From Balanoglossus misakiensis (taxonomy: Eukaryota > Animalia > Hemichordata), in the NCBI GenBank assembly GCA_040954595.2, contig CM082576.2:6017129-6081128 (forward strand): a stretch of DNA of 64,000 nt, given 5' to 3'. The notes beneath the pieces are model-generated. The model made no database searches, was not told where the DNA came from, and saw nothing but the letters and a program-made list of their open reading frames with translations. Positions within the stretch are counted from its first letter, which is position 1, and every line of letters begins with the position of its first letter. Below are positions 53,601-64,000 of this stretch, in pieces. A program made the position numbers and the translations under genes.

Positions 53601-56543
53601 AAGAAATCGGACAAGATATCCTCTACAAGTGAGTTGAGTGTACATTTGGTTTCCCATGTGTTTTGATGGTGTGCGGATTAACTTGTGCCAAAGCCTTGTT
53701 TGTGTGAACAGGTACATCATTTTCAGGATCATTCGAAAGTGTCCTCACAGAAAACTTCTAGGCGGTATGCAGGTAAAGACGTGTACAGAGGAACTGACTG
53801 CGCTTTTAATGGTGAGTTTTCTCATTCAACGTCTAAATGACAAGTATAATCTCTCCCATTCCAATATATGCACAGCAACAAAAGCAGAGTACGGCACCAC
53901 GACGGGATTAGGGGACTCCGCCGCATCGAGGCTTTCAGAAAGTGATGATGTTGCCCGTGAGGAGAAACCGATGATAAACGAAGACACTGGAGAATGGATC
54001 CTGTCTGAATGGGACTTGGACTGCATCACTGTAGGGGCCGGAATTCTAGGCTGTGGAGGCGGAGGAAATCCATACATAGGAAACTTAAAGACAAAGGAGT
54101 TGTTGAAAGCGGGAAAGAAGATCAGAATCATCACACCAGATAGGTAGAGATAAGTGTTTTTCAATAGACCATTTTCCGAACACCACGAGACCCTGCGAGA
54201 TCACTCACCGACACTAGAGTAACTATTTTGGAAACACCTGACATCACTTCTCGGTGTTTCTGGGATTTATTCATTGTGCAGGATGAGTGAAGACGGACTG
54301 GTAGTCATGGCAGCCTACTTTGGAGCGCCACTTATTGTCCTTGAAAAGTTATGCAACAGTACCGAGATGTTGGAAGCATTCAGTTGCCTACAAGACATTT
54401 TGTACCATGATGGAAATCTGGAAACCAGAGGTATATATGATTTCGACACATTTCTAGAATCTTTCAGGTGGTCTATAGCTACACAGTGAAAACAGTAGTT
54501 TTTGGATTCAAGCGGCACTTCCTCAAGAGCCTTCGGTGACCTATATTGGTTTATCGAGGCAACACAATCAAATCATAAAGACATTGCGATTTGTGCGAAT
54601 AAATTAGTAAACCATACCGGAATTGATTGCATACGATTTGCATCATTGCTGAGAAAGTTTCAGAAATATCGTGGAATTGACTCTTATGTGGCAAATATTT
54701 CTCTGTAGATGAGTTGGAAATACAAGATGGCGACGGAGTAAAATTCATCAATAACTATCCTGTCAAAGAAAAGACCGGTGATGACTCTGCACAACAACAG
54801 CTCGGAAAAGAACACCGAAAGATAACTGGCCTTCTTTGCGCAGAGGTTGGCGGACTGAACAGCGTGGAGCCACTGTATTTGGGAGCGTTGCTTAATTTAC
54901 CAGTTGTCGATGCCGATTGCATGGGCAGGGCGTTTCCGGAGTTTCAGGTACGCAGGCTAGACCCTATATGATCTAAACGAACTGGGCTATGCTAATATAG
55001 CTGTTGTATGTTCAGATCACAGGTCTCTGAACACGACATGTACCAATCACTCTTTACACAACTAGACTTTATCAGTTTGCGTAACATGGTCTGTTTTGCA
55101 TTTACCATAAACTTATACATGTGTATTACAGATGACAGGGCCATCCATATATGGTAAAACTCTTGTCCCAAGTTGTTTGGTCGATGAAAAGGGACGAAGA
55201 GCAGTCGTGCTGCAGGCCGATACGCCTAAACATATTGAAAACCAACTTCGTCAGTTTGTCATTGAAATGGGGTATGTTTTCTTTATATTCAAATTTCAAC
55301 CATAATTAGACAATTTGGGGGGGGGGGGGCTTTTCACAGTGTAATGCAGGTTTTCTGTCATGGGAATTAATTATCAATTTTTAAAATTCCATTCCTGTTG
55401 CAAAACACCAGTTGCAAAGGTGGTCTGGCAAGTACTCCGCTGAGCAAGAAGGATGTCATGTCGTCCACTATGTTATATTCGATGAGTCGGGCCTGCAAAC
55501 TAGGACAAGCAGTGCTGACTGCTAGGCGACGAAAGATTGATCCTATTCAAGTCATCCTACAACATGAGAATGGGAAACTTCTGATCAGAGGAAAGGTATG
55601 TGGGTCGCTTTTACTTAAGACTGCGCTCGCTCGTAGTAAACGGGCATGATAACCATATCCATCATCACAGAAATATAAAGCTATTCCCTATGCAAGAACG
55701 CACAGTAGGCAACCACCTATCTTGCATTTGTAGTGACCTATTTGCATATATTGTATTTGCATATTCCACCTGTTGAATGGAACAAATTTAAGGGTTCATT
55801 TAAATAAAAATCAGACAGTCATCATTCAGCCATCGTGGTATCTCTCTCCACTCACTACAGCATTGTTATAATTAAATCAGGGTTACTGTAGAGAAAGCAA
55901 TGTTTCTACATTTATACTCTTTGTGACAGGTGTCTTTTAAAATAAAATACTGTAAAGTTAATTCACATGTTACCATATTGTTTAAATCAGATATCGGACA
56001 TTTCACGAACAACTGCAGGGGGGTTTGACAAAGGAAGGGTGACCGTTGAGGGATTTGAAGACTTTCTAGACAGGACTTTGGTGGTGGAGTTCCAGAATGA
56101 ACACTTAGTGGCCTGGTCAGGAAGTGGTGGCGGTGATACTTCAAATGTAAGTATTTGATGGATGGTACAAGGTGTAACTCTAATAAACGATGAATGTAGC
56201 ACCATGTCAAGAATCGCTCATTTGCGGGCTTTTTTCGACAACACGGTAGCGAGCAAATTCATTTTATATCCTGGTCTCTTTTTCCTCCGTAAATCCCAAG
56301 GTTGTGGCCTGCGTACCGGACCTGATAGCTGTCGTCGATTCGGAAACTGGCGAACCCATCACGACGGATGAAGTGAAGTACGGTCTCCGCGTGGCCGTGG
56401 TCGTCCTGGCGTCACATCCGCTCCTCAGAACACCCGAGGCCCTGCGGGTCGTTGGTCCCCAGGCGTTTGGTTACCCAGAGGAGGAGGTGAAGTTCACGCC
56501 AGTGGCAGAGTACAACTTCCACGGTGCCATACCACCAAAATAA
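49888..56543 (+). CDS. hydantoinase A/oxoprolinase-like (ASKHA ATPase) fused to DUF917 domain, 17 exons, roughly 1040 aa
   Basis: HyuA motifs: GVDVGGTNTDAV, IGTTHFINAV, RENAAILNE, LTQNDGT, SSGPTNSIRGAAFL, VIDIGGTTSDFG, MPDVLSVGLGGGS, LTATDIAVAAG, VILVGGG, VANAVGAA. DUF917 motifs: GAGILGCGGGGNPY, EVGGLNS, VDADCMGRAFPEFQM, FQNE, VPDLI, TTDEVKYGLRV, VVGPQAFG. All 16 introns read GT-AG and are phase-compatible by my reading, with no internal stop seen. Confidence 0.92.
50412..50621. repeat. compound tetranucleotide microsatellite (TTAC)n-(CTCA)n-(CTAA)n-(TTAC)n
   Basis: Read directly; it begins just after the intron-2 donor of the hydantoinase gene. Confidence 0.97.
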
Positions 56544-57254
56544 TATTCATTGGATTTGTCATATTTCGTACACAGAGATGGGCGTAAAGGGTTAATTCTT
56601 TTGAAGACATTTTATATCACATTAATTTTAAGGCACCCATGACTACTACTACGACATACTACGACCCATGCATTGGCACCAGTTGCCAATATTAGAAATG
56701 AAATACATGTACTAATATTTTTCGCGTTTGCTTTTGTCTCTCCTGATAACATTGTAGGCGTCGTTTTTCCCTCTTTTGACACAGTTTTACTTTACATGCT
56801 TTAAGTGCTATGTAAATGACATTATTATTATTAAAGAGCATCAAGCACACTGAGTCCCCATTGTATCAGTCTACGCAAGTGTAACAATCTATATCAGGGC
56901 ACAATTAATACTGATCAATTTCGTAAACCCAATATACCGTGTAATCTTATAAAGCATCATATATAAATCATGAGATATATGGGTTAACTATTCCTGTTTT
57001 TGTTATATTTGAATAAACCCGAAAAAGAAATGTTTTTAGCAAACCAAATTTCATAAGTACCTACATACATACATAAATACACACCCACACACTCACACAC
57101 ACAGCTGCTTAGGTTTATAGCTTGCGATACGGATATCAAAGTGTGTCCTAATTCTTTATCACTGATCGAGAAATGTCAAGATTATTTTTCGGGCGTCTTT
57201 GGTCTCAACATCCTGCAACACACCAGTATCTGCTTCCGATGCACACATTGTCTT

Positions 57255-58792
57255 TCACATGTTAGCGTCACGGTGTTGCAGTTGCCAATTCTTCCTCCAC
57301 AACATCTTATTCTGCTCGCCGCCACCAGAACTGCCGAGCTGGTATGCTTTGACGGGGGAATTGTTCGTCGTCGACCGTTTAGGGCCCTCTTGGTTTTGCC
57401 TGCCCTTTCCACTGCCGTCCGTGCTGACCATTTTGGGGTAAGTGTATACTTGGTGTGGGGAATCTAGATCTTCAACGGACAGGTCTGTAGAATTCTGAAA
57501 AATTACAAGTTTACTCGTGTTTAAGAATAAGTAGGCGCAGGGCAATAGGGTCTTGTACGGTCGTAATAATGAAGGCCAATTTGAATAATTGTGTTCATAT
57601 GGACGTAGTTTACTAAGGTACAGTTTTCGTTAGTAAGTCCTTTTGAACACACGACTTCAATAATTCTGTAGATGCAGCCTGAAGTTTCATTTCTTCAAAT
57701 AATGTTCAGCAAATAAAGAAGATGATTAATAAACGGATAACTGAATAAATAAATATAATAAGCCTTAGGTAAAGCTTTCGCTTGTCAGTCCGTTTGGTCT
57801 AACATGCAACTTCAGTTTAAGATCACCGCTGACGAATTTGAGGTACACATCGACCACTCTGAATTCAAACAAGTGGCGGGGAGCCGCCGGAAACAGGGGA
57901 GTACACGCTATACCTGTCCAGGTGCCGAGTCCACTATATCGCTGTACACTGGGTTTTCCATATTCACTGAGTCGTTTCTGGAGTTACTAGCGGTCATGCG
58001 TATTGGAATTATGCCATTCCTGTCGTGAAATTTTCTATTCCCATCTTTGTCTTTTGGTTTCCTAAAAAACGGTAATTAGAGACCAATAAAAGTAAAACTT
58101 GTTACGGTTTAAGGAATTATTTTCCCCTTTCTGTCAAAGGTGTATACAAATAAGGAAGTTTCCATTATAGAAAATAAGAAACCAGCAACGCAAAGGTAAA
58201 CATGTATAGATGATCGATTGATACAAGCAGAAGTGTGCTGAGTGGTGTTCAGAGGATATTTCGGGTATTCACTAACTATTCTTACCTCTTGCGGATAATC
58301 ACAATGGTTAAAACTGTAATCACAGCTAACAGAAGAATCGACGAAACTACGATGGCAGCGATTATGAACGCCTGCCAACTGTGGCCTGGAATTTTAACAA
58401 AAACGTTTGGTGTAAGTTGATAAACTGAATCATTAATCTCATCTGTCGAATATATATGGGGCACGCGCACATGAAAGTGTAACACAGAAAACTGAATTTA
58501 TCATTCTATTCACAAATACAACATCACTTTTTCTGTCAGTTGGAATGCTCGCGCTTGTGCCACCATAGCTACATTGTGGCTTCATTCTCAGTCCGGGCCT
58601 CGCCATCCTTCCGGAGAGACAACACGATGGTTTGTCGCCGCCCTATAAAACTTGGCGGGAAAATGTTGGAATGAACGACGAAAAGTGATCCTCACCCGAG
58701 TCAATCCCCGGTGGTTTGGGGAGTTTGAACAATGGCGGCGGGTCGCACTTGCAGTGCAGAACAGAGCCACCAAAGCAGAGAGACGTCTTCAT
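57255..58792 (-). CDS. uncharacterised single-pass membrane protein with cytoplasmic NPVY motif, 4 coding exons
   Basis: gccATG at 58792 gives MKTSLCFGGSVLHCKCDPPPLFKLPKPPGIDS (donor gtgagg at 58695), then DEINDS..WQAFIIAAIVVSSILLLAVITVLTIVIIRKR (~58285-58442), then KPKDK..MENPVYSDIVDSAPGQ (~57914-58061), then NSTDL..NKMLWRKNWQLQHRDANM*. Phases are compatible; the first exon is the least certain. Confidence 0.7.
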
Positions 58793-60619
58793 GGCTGTAG
58801 AGAATCTAGGCCAATCAAAAAAGACAAAGACGTATCCTACAGTTTACAAAGAAGAATGAAAATGTCAGTTTTGTCATTTTATAGAGTCATGGTGGTGGTG
58901 TAAATGAAAATAATAGCGCACATCATCGGTGTACACGCCCAGCGACGAGAAACTGGTATGAAAGTACATGTATGTACACTACATCACCACTCAGCCACTG
59001 TGAATAATTAGCAACCACACCCATTGCGAAGCGCGCACCCACGCACAATAACAACGCGATGCAGCTGTCCCCAAATAGGATGTAGCCTACATATACTTAA
59101 ACGTACTGTACTCACCTTTGCGTTATTTTCAACAGAACGGTCGGTATTAGCGTTTGTGTTCTGGGACTTTGGAATGTTATTCGGTGCAGAGTAAAACAAA
59201 ACAGTAAATGGAATTTTTTAAGACACGCGATTTTTTGCCCCGTTGTGATGGAAAACGTAATTTTTCTCCGCTAGATTACGTCCACTGATTAGCAAAAGAA
59301 TCGTTTGCATTCCGGGAGCAAGCACAATCATAGAACTGCCTGTGGACGACGGTACCCTACATCATGGAAATTTGAATGTATTCAGAAGATGTGGCCCAAA
59401 GTACCGTGGTTGGTGTTACCCATGCACATTTCATAATAAGCATATAAATGGCAAAATCGTCACAGAATGACCTCAACGATGACGTCACGTGTCACAAACG
59501 AACATCCGTTTTATTCGGATTACAGAGGGCGGTGTATAATCACATCGATACACGTGCACAGTATGACTATTACCTGCTTTACCGTAAATGTGTGTGTTTT
59601 TAAGCATTTCCTGAGTAATCTTTCCATATCAGCCGCGTGGAAATCCCCTCCCCTCCCCGCCGAAATGACACGTCAGCAAACGATCATCAAAACATGCCGT
59701 TTGAAAATTGACTCTTGTTCGAGAAGGTCTCGCAATACAGGTCAAACATATTGACAAAAGCAACACCCACTCTTCATATTTAACTCTGGCACTGAAAAAA
59801 TATTGTCACCGAAAATGTAAAATGTTACATAAATATTGAACTTCCGTTTATTTAAAAACTATATAACTATATGTAAAACGTCAATACTTTTAATCCAGGC
59901 AGTATGAGGCACGAAGATTGTATAGATTTCGTACAACACTACGAATTTAAAGCAAGCCGCTACAGATCACCAGACGACTGGCCATTTTGTGACCTCTGTA
60001 TGACCTAACATCACGGTTATTGGGCGGTATGTCCTTGAAGTTCACCTCGGACTGTTTTGCCGAGGAGGGCATGCAAACGAATGGAATGACCCTCGTTGCC
60101 ACCAGCTGACAACTTGAAGCCACGCACCGGCGTCAAAATACCCGGATGTAGGGTCGCTGAAGTTTAAACAATTTAGAAAACGTCGAAATAGTTATCGAAC
60201 CCTACCCAAGCCTCCCATTTACATTTGTCTATAAAAGTCTACGATGATTGCAACAGTGTGTCTAGCGCGATTTTCTTCATATCAACCAAAAATACCAGAT
60301 TGCACACTTACGATCCACATACATCATCCAATGAATACATGAAAACAGTCAAAGTAGGTCCCAAAGATCCAATTATTCCCAATTTTACCCCACTGTTACT
60401 TAAAAAATACCTGATGTATTTTGTGATTTTGTTGAAAATGTAAATATTAGTTATTTAAGTTTATCTATCGATTCGGATTGTTACACGTACGGTGGACATC
60501 GAGATTAATATGATCAATTTTCTGTACATAAAACTCTGTAAAATCGTATTGCTAATAAAAACGTGGATATACAATATCCAATCGATTGCCTTTTTGTGAG
60601 CTTATCGGTGAGTATTGTC

Positions 60620-60961
60620 TTAAAGGGACAAAGTCGCTAACCTTAGACATTATGTTGGTTATTTCATTTTCTTTTGATATGCTATGTTGTTCTACTCATG
60701 CCCAATGACATGTTGTCATGGCTCAATTATCCAGCCATACATGGACATAACACAAGAATACTGCCATAATTTAATTTTTGGTCTGTACTAAAAATTATAT
60801 AGCAGGCGTATCCTCATGTTATACCCGTTACAGTATGCAAATTGAGTTATAACGACTGGTCATTGGGCATGTTTCAGTGAGCAGAATAACATATACAGCC
60901 AATCAAAAGAAAATATAATTTTCCAAAAATTATGTCAATTGTTAGCAACGTTTCCCCTTAT
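60620..60961. mobile_element. palindromic MITE-like non-autonomous DNA transposon remnant (~340 bp)
   Basis: Termini ttaaagggacaaagtcgctaac and gttagcaacgtttcccctta. Nested internal inverted pairs: ttttcttttgat/atcaaaagaaaa, tatgttgttctactca/tgagcagaataacata, tgcccaatgac/gtcattgggca, ctcaatt/aattgag. Confidence 0.7.
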
Positions 60962-61239
60962 TGTTAAAATAACTTCAGAAATACATGTGGTAACGAAGCA
61001 CCAGTCGGAAAATTCTGCCTGTGAGAGCTCGCTCGGCAATTCTTATGCCACGGACCGTAAAATATTGATTGTTCTTTACACAAAGGTTTGTTATATTGTA
61101 TTGCGCAATGCAAGTTAAAATATATCGGTGTCGGTAACACGTTTTGGAATATCTGTCTCTGAGTTATTTTTTATCAATTAAACGTCAACACAGGGTATTA
61201 ACAGCCTGTTAGTCTCCCTTTCTCTTTCGAAAATAATTC

Positions 61240-62993
61240 TTAAAAATTCTTGAATCGTTTCTTCTGCCAGAGCAGTCGCGACGCAGTGTTGTTGGCGCAC
61301 GGGTTGACGTTGACTGACCCGGCCATAGAAATAGCCTGTCCAGCCTCGTACATATCTGCCGTTCTCTGCCCCACCGGCGTACTGCGCATACTGCCGCCTG
61401 ATTGGACACTGACCCCGCGGAGCGGATTGGCCATATTAAAGTCAAACTCGGCGTCATTTTTGCCGGGGGAAACGCCTCCCCAGGTCTTATTGTTCAAAAT
61501 GGAGATTTTGGTTTCTGTTGTATTAGCGTCGGGCTGAAGACCATTGTCCATAATGTCCGGACCGAATGAATAATTTGACCCGGTTTCCGAGGGTTCCCGC
61601 CCTTCTTCAAATTCACCGTCAAATTCCAACGCGAGGTCCACTTCTCTGTCCGGAAGTTGGTCCTGGAATTAAATGTTCAAGTAAAATTGCGTATCAGCTC
61701 AGGTTCTTTCTTCTCAGAGGCTAAATGTGTGTATTACTACCCCCAAAAGCGATAATTGCATGTTAATTGCACTTATTAATAAGCAAAATGTGCATTATGC
61801 AACTGCCGGCAATATTCCAATGTACTAAGGGATATTCGGCAACTCGACATGACCAGGCAAGATATAACATGCCAAACACAGTACATGACATTAGCCTTAC
61901 ATTACACCGTCAACACAACACGTCAAACGGCATTGATTTGGCATTTGGTATCACTGCCAAAAATCACGTCGGTCTTACTACTACTGTGGAGAGGAGGCAC
62001 GTGGCTTTCTAAGGAGTGGGGGAGATGGGTATATCGATATATTCAGCGGCTGTACTCTAATGGTAACACTACAACTGACCAAGGAAAAATCACACTGTGT
62101 GGATAAAGAATAGAACGACCCATTTTTGTTGTGGTTTTGCTGTGTACGGACATCACATCGCATCATGCACGCTCTATTCTGCGGACTGCATTCCATGAAC
62201 GCTTGTTTCAATAGTACCTTGGTAACCCAAATCAACGCGGATAAGTCAACGAGCACAACTGGGTAACTAAGAGTAACTGCTCAAGAATTTCATACAAATA
62301 CTGGAAGGGGCGGGCGAGGATTAAAAAAATAACATTCCCAGCTAATTTCCTATATATGTCTTCAGATCTGGTAGACAAGTGCCTTATAACACTTCATGTG
62401 AGATTAGTTCATATGCGTTGAACTATGGAAATTTAACCTAACCGTGAAACATTCCTAAAAAGGTCAGACTTTATTTTCCTTATGGCCAATTTCTATTTCG
62501 CGGAAAACCTCCCGAAGAATTGATCAATTAAACATCTCGAAGAATCAAATTCCATGATTGTAACGTTTACTCACTGGTAATGTTGCATCTAAAAGATCCT
62601 CTTTTCCAAAAGCAGGGTTATTTGTGACAATATGTTCGTGTTTCCCAGTTTCTTTTCTGACCACGTCATCGACTTCATCAACGCTAGTCATAGGCGGGGG
62701 TCCATCACCCAGCATTTTTCTGCGATGAAAAGCGTGTATTTTGTTATGTTAAAAAAACAAGCAGGCAACTGATACATTAATTTAAGAGAATGTTTTCTCC
62801 GGACGAAAGTGGTAAAGTGTGTATATGAAGCAAAAAAAAAAACGTAAACGTAACTTGGTTAGCAGTCATCGCGCAAATTGACTTACTTTCGTTTGTACAT
62901 GTGACAGGCCACCAATATGAAGACGAGGATGATGACGAATACCACAACACAAGCCACGGCGATGATTATGATCATAATCGTGTTCTTCTCCAT
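61240..62993 (-). CDS. uncharacterised type III-like single-pass membrane protein with NPAF motif, 3 coding exons
   Basis: accATGg at 62993 gives MEKNTIMIIIIAVACVVVFVIILVFILVACHMYKRK (donor gtaagt ~62886), then KMLGDGPPPM..IVTNNPAFGKEDLLDATLP (~62575-62719), then DQLPDREVDLALEF..ASRLLWQKKRFKNF* (from ~61662). Phases are compatible; an additional upstream coding exon cannot be excluded. Confidence 0.7.
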
Positions 62994-64000
62994 GGTGATC
63001 ACCTGAAAGACACAAGTCGCACTGAGTCGGTCAATGATCCGGAATGATTCTGAGTCTGAATATTAAGGCGTCGACGGAACAAGGCCAGAATATGAACAAG
63101 AGCCGAAATGGTGTCTGCCAGGGCTTATTCAAACAACTCAGGACAATATATTGTGATATTTCTCTCTGCCACCGATCCCACGGACCGATACGCACTGGAC
63201 ACCACCTCGATTAGTAAAGCTAATCAATGGATATTTTCTAAACAAATATTTAATTTGTAAATCTTCCTAATGACGTTGCCGATATTAATAAATTCGCTTG
63301 ACATAATACGATTTGTCGACCTAATCATTGCAACTGTATAAATATTTGATGAAACTGCTGGTTGTACAGGGATTTCATATCCGCTCCTTTATAAAATCTA
63401 CATTTACCTTTGAATAGCACATTTAATGTTCCTTATAGAAACAGGCTAGCATATGCTGCCTTCAAATTGACCTCAGTTTAATAATGAACGCTTATCACAG
63501 ATTTCTAGAAGTCGATTATATTAATCTAAGAGAATATTCATGGAATGTAAGACATAACAGTTTAAAGGCTATGTAAGGCATAGTTTTAACCGGTCATATG
63601 CAAGGGATAGTATCATATTATATTAATCATATTACGTTTACATTGAGAGTCGGCATCTTGGTACTTTCAGTGTAATTATATAACCTGTTACGGCTCTATA
63701 ACGAAATCTGGGGCAACGGTTTAACTCACTGTTCAATGCAAATGGGGAGATGTTTTTCTTTTTTTGTCGCCGCAAGCAAAATTGTGATCCCCGACCAGCT
63801 AATAACCGACTGTGTGCACGCATTGAGAATACGGTCGACTGCCCCACTCAAATCGATCTGATTACAGTCGGCAACAATGGAAAGGAATGTCTGAAAAGGG
63901 GTCGCGTACCATTCACTGGTCTGATCGACTTATGACCCGCTTTGAGGGTGAGATCTACGCTCTGTCAGTACAGGTGGCATTGGTGCTGGCACAGCTGATA

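Noticed and set aside
49888-56543. Bacterial contamination or recent HGT as the explanation for the hydantoinase gene
   Set aside because: It has sixteen canonical spliceosomal introns and host-like intron composition, and is contiguous with animal genes.
1-64000. CRISPR arrays, tRNA/rRNA genes, autonomous transposons, in-frame Sec codons
   Set aside because: None were seen: no repeat-spacer pattern, no transposase or RT ORF, and no in-frame TGA needed in the exons I checked.

Overview
This is gene-dense, AT-rich, intron-rich eukaryotic DNA, probably from a marine invertebrate animal (CatSper present, short GT-AG introns); the taxon is inferred, not determined. Seven spliced protein-coding genes can be assembled by hand. 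They are a CatSper-gamma-like gene (-, 1250-12092); AHSA1 (+, 12538-15797), head-to-head with it; full-length USP34 (-, 18667-46680), tail-to-tail with AHSA1; DMAC2L/ATP5S (-, 47381-48826); a 17-exon HyuA-type hydantoinase/oxoprolinase fused to a DUF917 domain (+, 49888-56543); and two small unrecognised single-pass membrane protein genes with matching exon architecture (-, 57255-58792 and 61240-62993). The strongest candidates for new biology are the microbial/fungal-style hydantoinase-DUF917 fusion enzyme in an animal, the tandem orphan NPx[Y/F] membrane proteins, and a heat-shock-element-bearing bidirectional promoter between a sperm Ca2+ channel subunit and an Hsp90 co-chaperone. There are also GC-AG introns, hairpins, a palindromic MITE-like element and microsatellites. 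All gene models were spliced by eye, and family assignments come from remembered motifs, not database searches.
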